A stretch of 63,735 bases of DNA, the filler included, from Licmophora abbreviata (lineage: Eukaryota): assembly GCA_900291995.1 (NCBI GenBank). It is 12 parts of 12 records of this genome, joined end to end, with 100 filler letters (N's around TTAATTAATTAA, not from the genome) between each part and the next. Parts side by side here need not be neighbours in the genome. Positions count along the whole stretch, not along the records: positions 31,096 to 38,340 come from OLMU01004583.1; positions 38,441 to 46,402 come from OLMU01004584.1; positions 46,503 to 48,698 come from OLMU01004585.1; 9 more parts are not named here. The stretch is one strand, 5' to 3'. Shown here piece by piece: positions 34,605-46,970 of this stretch. Both the position numbers and the translations under genes were made by a program. Within the stretch, counting starts at the first letter, position 1; each line of letters starts with the position of its first letter. The notes beneath the pieces were generated by a model. It did not search any database. It was not told the origin of the DNA and saw only the letters and a program-made list of their open reading frames with translations.

Positions 34605-35328
34605 TCAGCAACACGAACTCGTTGCAGATGCTTCACCCAGCTCTCCAAGATTGACGACACCTTGCAGCGCGTTCGTGTCGAACGGAATGCGCCTTCCAAC
34701 TTCCTGGAAGAGTTCCGTCACATTCTTATCATCGCGCGCCGACGCTTCTATATACAATGCTCCAACAAGTTCAGCATATTCCATTCCTTCCGTATACGAG
34801 ACTTGTCGATCTAATACAAGATCAAACTTGTTCCCACATACCGCCAATACGAGATCCGATGGGCCATTCGCTCTGACTTCCTTCACCCAATGTTTGAGTG
34901 TATCAAAAGAGACTCGACTGCAAATATCATAGACTACGATTGCTGCGGCAGCACCGCGATAGTACATGGCTGCCAGTGAGTGATACCTGTGAACGATGAG
35001 AAGACAAAATGTGAGCGTGGAGACACACTTACCAGGTACATACTGATGTTCACATTGTGTGTTTTCGAAGACGATGTGTAAGTCAGGAAGTCACTTACTT
35101 TTCCTGACCAGCCGTATCCCAAATCTTTAAAGCAACTTTCCGAGGCGCGCCCTCCTCACTACTTCGCACTTCAATGGTTTTGGAGAGAAAACTGGCCCCA
35201 ATCGTGGATTCCGAGTAGGGACGAAATTCGTTCATGACGAATCGAACGGCGAGAGATGATTTTCCCACCCCACTTTCGCCGAGTAAGACAATTTTGACAG
35301 GGTTCTCGTCGAAGTCATGAGAATCCAT
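34605..35328 (-). CDS. RAB5: Rab5-family small GTPase (intron 34987-35098)
   Basis: GESGVGKSS, effector [37 protein letters not shown] and a C-terminal CC prenylation motif. Confidence 0.9.
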
Positions 35329-35831
35329 TCTGATGGCTATGTACTATATAAGCTTGTTGTCAGTGTCAGTGAGCATGCAAACAGGGCAGAGGGCGACCGT
35401 CCAGCACGGCATGATCTCTTTTTCGAAGAGAACATCAAAGTGACTGCGAGACGTCGAGAAAAATTCATCACCAGCAGGATTAGTGGAAAAATGGAGCTCG
35501 CGAGCTCGCAATTCGTATCCGATCGAGGGCAGGACGTCGTCACCGTGGAAAGTGTACCGGTAACTACCGCGAAAGGACGGCACAGATCTGCGATGGGTCC
35601 GCCGCGCGATGACACCCTTGATTGTCGCCGTTCGAGAGCGCCTGTACTGGACTATCCATTGATCAACTGGGTGTTAGGAGAGACCTTGCGGGGAAAGAAA
35701 AGTGGAAGAACCAATTAACAAGTCGGGTATTTTTGAACGATCTCAGGAAAAGAAATCTTGGTCACGAAAATTCGAAAATGAGAAAGGTGTCACTCCGCTC
35801 CCGTAGAGCAACAGCCATCAGCAGCAGCAGC

Positions 35832-36752
35832 ATGTTGAACTGCCTTCTCTCACTACTTTTAGTCTGCCCAAGTTCTCACGTCCTAAGTTTCACACCGATT
35901 CCGGCCTTTTCAGTCGCCTCAAGTAGGAGCCCAATAGCAGCTCAGATACGCCAATGGCCAGCTCTCCACGTATCTTCGGCGACCGCCGATGCAACTCCTT
36001 CCAGTACCAAGACTACGACGGAACCCGATGCAGCACCAAAGGGAAGCAATAGTACCGAGGAATCTACGAGCCTCAAAGCAGCCTTGCCCTGGTCCAACTT
36101 TCAAGAGTGGGCTCTACGAGACAACCTGCCTCACTACTTGGTTTCGATCCCCACCAGACAGCCCAACGGCGACACTCAAGACGAAATCTACGGCTTGTGG
36201 AGAACCCTGTGTCGTGAAGTGACGGAACTAAGTGGCTATTCGGTCGAATTTCTGCAAGAAATGAACGAGATGCAGGTACAGGGGAACCGGACGGATCTGA
36301 TGCTCTCTCCGAAACTTCTGCCATTGCTAGATGAGTTTGAGTTTGCAGCCGCCGGCGGACTTTCGGGACGTGTCTATGGCGTGGCGGGCCTAGCTGATGG
36401 ATCGAAAGTGGAAACGAGTTCGGTCGTCAATGTGGAAACAACAGTCCCAAAAGGGTACGTTCAGACCGAAGATGGTTCCGTGGCATATGAGCTAGGTATA
36501 CCTCTGCGCGACGCTTTCTCGCTCGAGATTGGAGCGACACAGAACGGAGCTAGAGCTTTGTCTCGCAGTGCCGTGGAGACAGCAGCGGGACTGGCCAAGG
36601 GTGTTGTCGATGGCGTTGCCACGTCACAGCAACAGGAGGATCCGGACGCCATGCTGGTGAGGCTGGGAGCATCTACGGCTCTTCTCTTGGCGGGAGCAAC
36701 GGCGGCCAATATGCTGTCGCACCACCTCACGGTCAATGTCTTTTGGGTATGA
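35832..36752 (+). CDS. Hypothetical plastid-targeted protein with C-terminal TM
   Basis: Signal peptide MLNCLLSLLLVCPSSHVLS-FTP, then a Ser/Thr-rich transit region. C-terminal hydrophobic helix and ...HHLTVNVFWV. Alternative start 35778. Confidence 0.7.
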   Translation: MLNCLLSLLLVCPSSHVLSFTPIPAFSVASSRSPIAAQIRQWPALHVSSATADATPSSTKTTTEPDAAPKGSNSTEESTSLKAALPWSNFQEWALRDNLPHYLVSIPTRQPNGDTQDEIYGLWRTLCREVTELSGYSVEFLQEMNEMQVQGNRTDLMLSPKLLPLLDEFEFAAAGGLSGRVYGVAGLADGSKVETSSVVNVETTVPKGYVQTEDGSVAYELGIPLRDAFSLEIGATQNGARALSRSAVETAAGLAKGVVDGVATSQQQEDPDAMLVRLGASTALLLAGATAANMLSHHLTVNVFWV

Positions 36753-37194
36753 TCAAGTAGCTTTGTAGAAGTGTGCAAGGATAACAAAATTCAATTCTAG
36801 CATGCGTAGGCAAGCAACAGACTACATTAGGTTGCTTATGCATGCATACAGCCAGTCACAAGAGGTGCAAGGAAAAGGCTGTTTCGTGGGGCGTGGGGCC
36901 ATCCCGCGTCTCCTGGGCGAACTCTCCAAGGAAAAAATGGAGTCCAACTTCCGGGTGCTTCATCAGGTGGTACGTAAAATCCAGTACTGAAACGACGTAG
37001 AAATGCGGGTCATCTTGCTCTCCAGTCCAAGTCATCCCTCCACACTCCGCACTCACACTCCCGACAGGCGTTATTAGCGACGACCGGGCCGTTTGTTGTC
37101 CCCTTGTCGCTTTTTGTTTCCCTTGGATCGTCCCCTGGTACTGGTCTGAGTCTATTGAGCGTGGCGCCGTATACAAAAGAGAAAAAAGGATAAA

Positions 37195-38780
37195 ATGGTG
37201 GCATCGGCTGTTTTTATCACCGACATGTCGGGCAAGGCCATTATCAGCCGCAATTACCGTGGCGACGTTCCCCTGACCAAGGCTGTGGAGCGATTTGCCA
37301 GGTACCTGATGGATACTGAAGAGGAAGCAAAGAAACCTGTCTTTCACGTCGACTCCAGCGGCGATGTCTCGGAAGAAGTCGGCTCCACGGGACCAGGCGG
37401 CGAGACCTTTGTTTACGTAGCGGTCAGTACACGCTCTACGGAGGAAACCAGAATGCTGTTTGCAAGCCAATGGGCCCGTCTCACATGAGTACTTCTCCTC
37501 TCTTTCTCCTCGCTACAGCACAACAATCTGTATCTATGCGCCGTTACAGTAAGAAACTCCAACGTGGCGCTGGTTTTGACGTTCCTGTACCGATTGGCAC
37601 AGGTCTTCAAGGACTACTTTGGCACACTCGAGGAGGAGTCGATACGCGACAACTTTGTTGTCATTTACGAACTGCTGGACGAAACCATGGACCACGGACT
37701 GCCCCAAAGTCTCGATTCAACCATCCTCCGTAGTTTCATTACGCAAGACGCCAACCGCATGTCAGAAGATAGCAGGTCCAAGCCTCCTGTCGCTCTCACC
37801 AATGCTGTCAGCTGGCGTGCCGAAGGCATCAAGCACAAGAAGAACGAAATCTTTCTGGATGTCGTGGAAAAACTCAATCTCTTGGTTGCTGCCAATGGAA
37901 CTGTCCTACATAGTGAAATTAACGGAGCCGTCAAGATGAAGTCCTTCTTGTCGGGCATGCCCGAACTCAAGCTTGGCCTGAACGACAAACTCATGTTTGA
38001 AGCCACAGGACGAGCCAGTCAGAATCGCAGCGGCAAGGCTGTCGAACTTGAGGACATAAAGTTTCACCAGTGCGTCCGTCTGGCACGATTCGAGAACGAT
38101 CGTACGATTAGTTTTATCCCACCAGACGGTGAGTTTGATCTCATGACGTATCGTCTCAATACGCACGTCAAGCCACTGGTGTGGGTCGAGGCTGTCGTGG
38201 AACCGCACAAGGGATCACGCATTGAGTACATGATCAAGACGCGATCGCAGTTCAAGTCGCGCAGTGTCGCCAACAATGTCGAAATCATCATTCCCGTCCC
38301 GCCCGATGTGGATAGTCCGTCCTTCAAGTCTAGTGTCGGTNNNNNNNNNNNNNNNNNNNNNNNNNNNNNNNNNNNNNNNNNNNNTTAATTAATTAANNNN
38401 NNNNNNNNNNNNNNNNNNNNNNNNNNNNNNNNNNNNNNNNGGATAGTCCGTCCTTCAAGTCTAGTGTCGGTACTGTCACATACTTGCCGGATAAGGATGC
38501 CGTCGTGTGGACGATCAAACAGTTTCACGGAGGAAGGGAGTACTTGATGCGGGCGCACTTTGGACTCCCATCGATTAGTGCCAGCGATGTCGAGCATGAC
38601 AAAAAGAAAGGAGAAAACTCGTGGAAGGCACCGATTCGAGTCAAGTTTGAGATCCCGTACTTCACCGTAAGTGGCATACAGGTGCGATACTTGAAGATTA
38701 TCGAGCGAAGTGGCTATCAGGCTCTTCCATGGGTGCGGTACATCACAGCGAACGGGGACTATCAGTTGAGAATGGCATAG
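37195..38780 (+). CDS. AP1M: AP-1 complex mu subunit (intron 37423-37518; split by spacer with 31-nt overlap)
   Basis: GKAIISRNYRGDV, LEEESIRDNFVVIYELLDE, AVSWRAEGIKHKKNEIFLDVVE, FHQCVRLARFENDRTISFIPPDG and ALPWVRYIT. Confidence 0.95.
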
Positions 38781-38953
38781 TGTGATAGTCTACTAGTTTC
38801 ATCTTCTTGCGCCGCCGCCTCATCGCGTACATCTGATCTTGCTCATTACGCACACCCAACTTTTCAAACGCGTATACGAAACGGAAAAATGCCAATAGAG
38901 TCTATGCACCGGACAGTGCCAATAGAGTCTAGCCACCAGACCTGGTAGCATAT

Positions 38954-41754
38954 TTAATCCTCTCCGATAGGAGCACTGTCGCTAGCTAGCTCGACAATGA
39001 TTTCGGGTTCGAAACTCTCTTGGTCTTCCCCAGATACCGGCACCTCAATCTTCTCCTCTTCGTCCTTCCCCACACTTCCGGGACAGTTCGCCTCGATGAA
39101 CTCGGCGACCATTGGGCTCTTCTCCTCTATGTCGTGCACAGCCTTTGCTGCGATTTCTTCCCGTGTTGTAGGTTTCGCCTCCTCTGCGTTGGCGATACCA
39201 CTATCTTCATCTTCTTTCTCCAGCGTAATCTCAACAACAGGGGGAGGCTCTTCTTCATTTTTGATGACGCCCAACTGAAACAAGGCGTTGGCCTCTTCGT
39301 CTTTTTCCAACCCCACCTGCCCAATCACTTCTTTGCGCTTCGTTTCGAGAATTGCGTTCACTTCTTCCGCAGGTGCACCCAAACTCTTCAGGACAGCACC
39401 ACCAAAAGGCAAGGTCAGTAGTAAGTTGTCCTCCGGCAATATGGGAACCATGGCGGCAACGTCTAGTGTCTTCTGCAGTCGCTGCGCATGATCAGCATCG
39501 CTGGCACGAGCGAATATCTTCTTGTCTGGATAGAGTCGTCTCAGGGCAATGACAGCTCGATTACATTGGGCCTTGTCAGCAATGCATACAACAACAGCCT
39601 TGGCCTTTTCAACTCCAAACGCTTCTGCCACCTCAGGTCTGCCAATGTCTCCGTAAAACACCGGAAGGCCCTTGTTTCGAGCTTCGATTGCCTTGTTCGG
39701 GTCAATCTCAAGACCAACGTACTTGATAAGCTTGCGATCGAGCAGGTCGCAGACGACCCTACCCACAGCACCATATCCCACCACAACGACAAAGTCATCA
39801 CTCTCTTTGATCTCGTTCGCGTCGCGATCCTGCCCGAGGTAATGCGTGAAGTCACTCTCCTCCTCCAGCCGTTTTGCGATTCGCGTACCCATCTGTTCTA
39901 GTAATGGAGTCAGCGCCATGGTCAGACTCACACTTGTGAGCATGAGCTTCGTTGTGGGCTTGTCGAGAATTCCCAGAGAGCGTGCTAGCCCGAACGCGAC
40001 GAAAGCGAATTCTCCGCCCTGTGCAAGAATCAGTCCAGTTTGCTGAGAGGTGGACAAGCTCAAGCCGAACGCCAATGATACCGATGTCAACACCGCTGCT
40101 TTGATAGCAATAATACCAAGCACAATAGCTCCTACCGTCGGGAGGTTGGACAGGATCAGGGCCAGATCGATTTCGAACCCAACGGTCACAAAGAAGAGAC
40201 CCAGCAGGATACCGCGAAACGGAGCAATGTCGGCCTCAATCTGGTACCGATACTTCGTTTCAGAGAGTAACACTCCTGCCAAGAAGGCCCCCAGCGTATT
40301 GCTCAAACCCAGCCCCTCCGTCATAAAGGACATGCTGAGTACTGTCAGTAGAATGACTCCCAAAAAGGCTTCTTGCGAATTCGCCCCAGCAACAACCTTA
40401 AACAGAGGATTGAGCAGGACCCTTCCCGTAAACGCAATTACGCCGAGCGCCATGGCAGCCTTGAGAACAGCACTTCCGAGCGCCGCTGCTAAACCTGTTC
40501 CATTTCCAGCCAGAATAGGAGTCACGACCAGAAGTGGTACGACAGCCAAATCCTGAAAGAGCAGGACACCAAACGAAGCCTTTCCGTACCGAGTCGCTAG
40601 CTGCTCCTTGTCCTTCAGCAGCTGAAGGACAAAGGCAGAGCTCGACAGAGCCAGTCCACCTCCAAGGACCACCAATGCAGGACCAGGAAGACCAAACAAA
40701 CTTCCAGCGCCTGCCACCGCGAGGGCAGTCAGCACAAACTGACTAAGACCCAGCCCGAAGACATCCTTGCGCATCTGCATCAAACGTTCCACGCTGAGCT
40801 CGATTCCCATCTCGAAAAGAAAGAACACAATCCCAAGCTCCGCTAGGACCTCTGTGGTATGAATTCCGCTGATGAGACCACATCCCGTGGGACCCAAAAG
40901 CATTCCCGATGCCAAGAATCCGAGAATTGGAGAAACACCGATACGCTGGGAGAGCGGAGTAATGAGTGCCGTCGTCAAGAGAAGAATCAAGGCGTCAGAC
41001 TTGTTACCCTTCATATAGTCTCCCAAGTCTCCTAAGGCTTCTTGGAGAGTCCTTCCCGTATTCCGAGACGCACTCCGCATGGAATCCTGAATGATTTCAG
41101 CAGTCGTCTCTTGCTTTTTGAATATAGATGACGAGACACGAGCTTCGCCTCCGCGGGAAACACGCGGAGCCAGCTGATGAATCTCTTCACCCCCACTGTA
41201 CGGCTGATACTGCGTCTGAGGCTGCTGTGTCGTTGTGAAGACAAAAACTGACAGTGCAAAGGCGGCCGCCGCAAGCAAACTTCGCCGTTTTCGTCGCTGC
41301 CAACACACGACCTGCTGGACCCAGACACCGGTCCTCGACGCCACTCTTTGACAGACCCTCAGGACACCATCTTTTTCATTGGAATTCTCCGGTACATCAG
41401 AGCTCTAAACAGAATCACGTTCAAGGAGAAATTAAACGAAAGAAACAATCAGGAAACAAGACGAAATAGAGCCACGCATGGCTGTGTCAAGCGTGATGCC
41501 ACGTGGGCCAAGCGCAAACGTACTTCTACATCGATCGCGTCGTCACTTGCTGCACCTAAAATCCCGCTATTTCGATCCGTTCTGCCCGCTGAGACGATCG
41601 TTCTATGCTTCAGGATAGTAGCACGTGGCGCCAGAGATCTAGAGCGGACACATCGAAATTGTGATTTCGGAGCTGGGTTCAACAACGCCTCTGAATCGTC
41701 CCACCGGAGAGCCAAGCATAGCACCAATGCATTTAAACAAAGCAACCCCCTCAT
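38954..41754 (-). CDS. KEA: Plastid K+/H+ antiporter, CPA2/KEA family with KTN (TrkA-N) domain (intron 41405-41523)
   Basis: SPILGFL, ELSVERL..MRKDVFGLG, LLFQDLAVVP, QGGEFAFV and KTN GYGAVG...FYGD. Exon 1 (ATG 41754) encodes a signal + transit peptide and splices GTACGT...TAG in phase 0. Confidence 0.9.
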
Positions 41755-41956
41755 ACTCTTATTCTGGGACGTCAAAAGTGGATTCAATTGCACTTCCTTT
41801 GTAATTGCAGTGTGGTTCCGGCTCCGATCATGTTCACAGTTGTGATGTCGCCATTCACGGGCACGGTGTTTCGAAACTGGGTTTTCACGTTGAGCGCAGT
41901 ACATATTCTACGACAAGACGAGCTTCTACTCGCGCACGCGGTGAAGGGTGATCAAT

Positions 41957-41972
41957 TGAGTGACGTCACTCA
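41957..41972. promoter_or_regulatory. Perfect 16-bp palindrome TGAGTGACGTCACTCA (bZIP CRE/Aureo-box-like)
   Basis: Exact palindrome with a TGACGTCA core about 200 nt upstream of the KEA ATG. Confidence 0.45.
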
Positions 41973-42276
41973 GTGTACCGGTATGCCAGGAAGTCTGTAC
42001 CTGGTACCTGTACTAGCTGTTTCACAATACAATTTAGGACTGCGATATCCTACCGGTAGGTACCTACGAGTACTACTTTCCAACAGCCACGGTGCCGCCT
42101 GCTTTAGAAATTCGCGGAATCAACTCCCCAAAGAACAGAACCAAACGGAGGTTGCAATCGAAGCTAACCGATTAAAAAGTATGAACCTAAGGTCTATCCT
42201 ATCTACACATCCCAATCCCAACTCGCTCAACGTGATGCATGTTGACCACCGGAACCTGCGGAAGGGCCACCTTTTC

Positions 42277-44885
42277 CTATTCAGACCGCGGAATAAGAGA
42301 CAGCACATTCTTCGCAGCGTCGGTGATGCGAGTACCTGGACCGAAGACAGCACTGCAGCTTTTGGTGGTATTCAACAGAAATTCATAGTCCTGCGGAGGA
42401 ATCACACCGCCGGCGACAACAACAATATCTCCAGCACCACGCTTTTCCAGCTCCTTCTTCAAGGCAGGAAGCAGTGTCTTGTGTCCAGCCGCCTGAGACG
42501 AAATGCCGATGCAGTGGACATCTGAGTCGAGAGCCTGCATTGCAACTTCCTCGGGAGTCTGAAACAAAGGGCCAACGTCGACATCGAAGCCAAGGTCTGA
42601 GAAACCCGACGCAATAACTTTGGCACCACGGTCGTGCCCATCCTGTCCCATCTTGGCCACTAGTATGCGAGGTCGACGTCCTTCGACCTCCTCAAACTTC
42701 TCTACCTCTCGGAGGATGCCTTCGTATTCATCTTTTACTTTGTCGCCGGCTCCCCCCTCGCCACCAGCTGCACTCGTAAACGAGGCACTGTAAGCGCCCT
42801 GAACCACACTGGACGACGGAACATGTCGGCCCCAGGCCTTCTCAAGCGCGAGTGACATTTCGCCGAGTGTGCATCTGTCAAAGAAGAACGACCAGAACAG
42901 ATCAGATAGGATAAGTCGACCACTTAGAACCATATTGATCACCACGCCATGCCACTACCTGACTTACCTAGCGCGAGCGGCATCAATACACAACTGCATT
43001 AGATTCTCCGGATCGTCTCCTTGACTCGTACTGCGATTCAAACGGGCGCTCGCCTCCAAGCGAGACAGTATCTCTTGCGCAGCCCCCTCGTCACGATTGG
43101 CCTTGAGCTCTTCAATCCGGCTAATCTGTTTGTCGCGCACCGCCGAGTTGTCAATCTGCAGAACCTCAGTCATCTCTTCCCTTTCTTCTTTGTCGCTAAG
43201 CCTGTACTTGTTGACGCCAACAATAGTATCCTGTCCAGAATCGATTCGCCCCTGCTTGCGAGTCGCACTCTCCTCCACGCGAAGCTTGGCCATACCGCTA
43301 TTGATATACTGTGTCATGCCACCTGCCTCCTCTACTTCATTGATAATGGTCATGGCCTTGTCTGCGAGCTCGTCTGTAAGACTCTCCATCATATAACTGC
43401 CTCCCCATGGGTCAGCGACATCACACACGCCCGTCTCATCTTGCAAGATGAGCTGCGTGTTGCGCGCTACGCGAGCCGTCTGGACCGTCGGTAAACCGAC
43501 AGCTTCATCGTACGAGTTGGTGTGCAAACTCTGCGTACCACCTTGAACGGCAGCCAGTGCTTCGATGGTGGTCCGGATGATGTTGTTCATGGGCTGGGCT
43601 TCAGTCAGCGAGTAGCCAGAAGTCTGACAGTGTGTTCGCAAGAGAAGGGATTTATTGTTCTTGGGATCAAAATTCTTCTTGACGAGAGTCGACCACAGAC
43701 GACGCGCGGCTCGCAGCTTGGCAATCTATGGAAACAAACAAGAGAAGTGAAATGAAATGATAGACTGTATACAGCGATTCACGAATCCATTGTTACCGAA
43801 CGCACCTCGGTGTAAAAGTTCATGCCTACACCCCAAAAGAACGACAACCGTGGTGCGACATCGTCCACGTCAAGTTTCGCAACATCGACAGCCGTCCGCA
43901 TGTACTCGAGTCCATCGGCAATTGTGAATGCCATTTCCAACGCACAATCCGCGCCCGCCTCTTGCATGTGATACCCTGAGATGCTAATACTGTTGAACTT
44001 GGGCATGTGCTTTGCGGTGAAGCCCATAATATCGGCAATCACACGGTTGATAGATGGCTCGGGAGGGTAAATGTAGGTGTTTCTCACCATGAACTCTTTG
44101 AGAATATCATTCTGAATTGTCCCACGCAGTGCCGCCATGACCTTTGCCGGGTCTTCCCCGGGATGCTGTTCCAGTGCTGTCTGTACATACATGGCCATGA
44201 CGGGAAGGACAGCTCCGTTCATGGTCATACTGACAGACACTTTGGTAAGATCAATGTCATCGAACAAGATATTCATATCTTGCAGGCTATCAATGGGAAC
44301 TCCAGCCATACCCACATCTCCCACAACACGATCATGATCACTGTCATACCCACGATGAGTTGGCAAGTCAAAGGCAACGGAGAGTCCCTGCTGACCTGCC
44401 GCGAGATTGGCCTTGTAGAACTTGTTGCTCTCTTCGGCTGTACTGAATCCCGCGTACTGTCGGACCGTCCAGGGACGGTACGTGTACATGGTGGCGTAAG
44501 GGCCACGAGTGTAGGGAAAGACTCCCGGCATTTCGGGAGTTTCGTCGTCCAAATCGTAGTAAACGGGCTGAACAGGGACACCTTCCGGGGTCAGTCGTTC
44601 TGTTCGAAGAGTATCGACTGTGACACCACCTTTGGAACGTGAGAGTTCCTTTCCGGCGAGGCGTTCCCATTCAGAGACCGAAGCCGGTGGGACGTATTCA
44701 GAGAAAGAACTCGACGAGAAGGAACGAAGTTCGCCTTTTGACGGTATGAAACCGAGTAAGGCATGGGCAGTCGAAGAGATGGAAAAGAGTGCGTTCTTGT
44801 TGGAGGACAACGACAAGACCCTCGGTCGTCTTAGGAGAGAGGTACATCTCAGAGAAGCTCCTCCCTTAATCATGGAGAGCGTCAT
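42277..44885 (-). CDS. MUT: Methylmalonyl-CoA mutase, mitochondrial (introns 43726-43805 and 42875-42967)
   Basis: [50 protein letters not shown] and the B12-binding [13 protein letters not shown]. Arg/Ser/Leu-rich presequence. Confidence 0.96.
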
Positions 44886-45358
44886 TGAAATAGAAGCTTC
44901 AGCTTCGTGACGAATGCTGTATCAGAGTTAGTTTTTATGAGATCACAGTTGTGTGGGTGCAGCTGCTTCCTTTGACTTAAAACGAAATGCGATCCTCCAG
45001 CGGAGCGTGATGCGAACCCCAATCGTCGTCTTTCCGAACCCAATCGTGGTTGAGTCGAATTGATCATTTGTGTGCACAGTTACGTTGCTGGGTTTCTGAA
45101 CCTACGAGTACAAGTTCGAATCACCCACCCTACGGTACCGTGCCAGCATGCCGCATAAGGACCGGTAGGACATAAGCACTACCCTGCGGCCCGCGGGAAC
45201 AGTCCGTTCGTCACAACAGAGTTACGGATGTGCTAGTATGGGAAAGGATTACAGGGATGGGTTGAGTGCTGACCACCAGCATGATCGCCAGGATTTGAGA
45301 AAGAAACAAAAATGCTCTATGAAGCAAAGTAGCGTTTGCGCAAAAGAATCTCCCCTCT

Positions 45359-46135
45359 TCAGTAGCCACAGTCTGACTGGTCCACATCATTCAGAATCGT
45401 CAGGTCAAACCCCATCGCCTTTGCCTTCGCCCGCACCTTCTTGATCAACTTTTCATCTCTCTCAGCCTTGCGGGTGAAGATCCACAAACCGCCCGAGCTC
45501 GTGAGAAAGCTGTTTCTCGTTTGACATCCATTATCCGTCTTGATATCGGGCTGACCTCCGCTAATGAGCGCGTAGCCGTCCTCGCCCTCCTCGTACTCAA
45601 TGATCCAGTACGGGCCCGCGAAGCGCCTTGGCAAAAAGCCGGGCGCCACCTTCAATTTGGCTGGGTCACTTCCGGAATCGTAAGCAAAAAGCCCAATGCC
45701 TCCGCCGAACTCATCTCCTTCTGCATTGCGCGCACTGTTATCGACGCGAATAGTGTACCTCCAAGGAAAGGTCGGCTTGTCAAGGATGGAGTAGTTTGCC
45801 GTCACGCAGAAATTGTTGCTTTCCGGTAGATATGTCGTCGGCGCCTGTTGCTGGACATACCAAGTCGCGGATACGTATGACTCCAGGTCGAAGTTATCGA
45901 CCGTCCGGAGCTTGGGACATTCGTCTTCAAGTTCTCGTCCAAGTCGTGCATGGGAACTTTGTGCAGAGGGCAAAAAGGGACGTCGTCGTGTCAGTTGACT
46001 GTATGTCCAGAGGTGCCAAGCAACGAGAAGCAAGGACGGAATGACAAACGAAAACAGAACAAGAAGGATTGATTCAATGGCCTACCTTCCCAGAAGAGAG
46101 CACCACAATGCAATGAGAAGGCTATTGGTCTTCAT
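45359..46135 (-). CDS. Secreted lipocalin (Blc/ApoD-like; intron 45957-46085)
   Basis: TVDNFDLESYVSATWY, GPYWII.Y, GLWIFTRK...GFDLTIL. Exon 1 MKTNSLLIALWCSLLG is a signal peptide; the intron has a CTGAC branch and an AAG acceptor. Confidence 0.85.
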
Positions 46136-46970
46136 GATGCTGTCTCTGGTATACTTGCAATGTGTTTCAACGTTGATGTGGTACGAAAGATGAAAGGTGT
46201 GCAGATTGGAAACTGTCTTGGATAACTGAGTCAGTCAGATGCCGACACGCAATCGTTCCAAAGAAGTCGTACTTGTCGGGTCATCAATCCCGGATGCCGT
46301 CTTTCGACTCACTCGACTCGGAATCATACTTCTTCGTCCATGCGCCGCCCCCCAGCCGGGAGAAGCCAATGATGATGAGAAATACTCGTACGAGCTCCTT
46401 TTNNNNNNNNNNNNNNNNNNNNNNNNNNNNNNNNNNNNNNNNNNNNTTAATTAATTAANNNNNNNNNNNNNNNNNNNNNNNNNNNNNNNNNNNNNNNNNN
46501 NNCGCTTCTGTTTGAATAGTGGTCACTTTTCGTCACATCATCGCCACCTTTCGTTCCTGTGAGACTGTACAATTTCGCTTCATTTCATTGTCACTACAGA
46601 GCACTGTACCAGGCGGTCTTGCGCACTGTTCCCACAGTACCGGTAAACCACGAATTAGATAGACTTTCAGAAGGTATCAGGTACTAGTACGCTCGAACTT
46701 AATGTGCAGTAGAGTAATCACATGCCATTATGATAGAACCTGCTTGAGCGTGAACCATATTTATTTACTACTGTAGTATGCCTAGCCGGTCCCCAGTCAG
46801 GTCGCCTACCAGATGCGAGCAGTGCGTCGGTACCCAGGAATCGGTACCCTGATAGTTCACCGGGTTAACCCTGCACCAGATAGACTATCATGGTACCAAT
46901 TGTATCAGCGGTTGTGTGGTCCGGATGATACGCTTTGCCAATGAACTGTTGTAATAGGTCTACAGCTCGC

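Noticed and set aside
38890..38931. 15-nt direct repeat TGCCAATAGAGTCTA between convergent AP1M and KEA ends (similar small duplication at about 3573-3608)
   Set aside because: Only two copies with no flanking element; consistent with local slippage.
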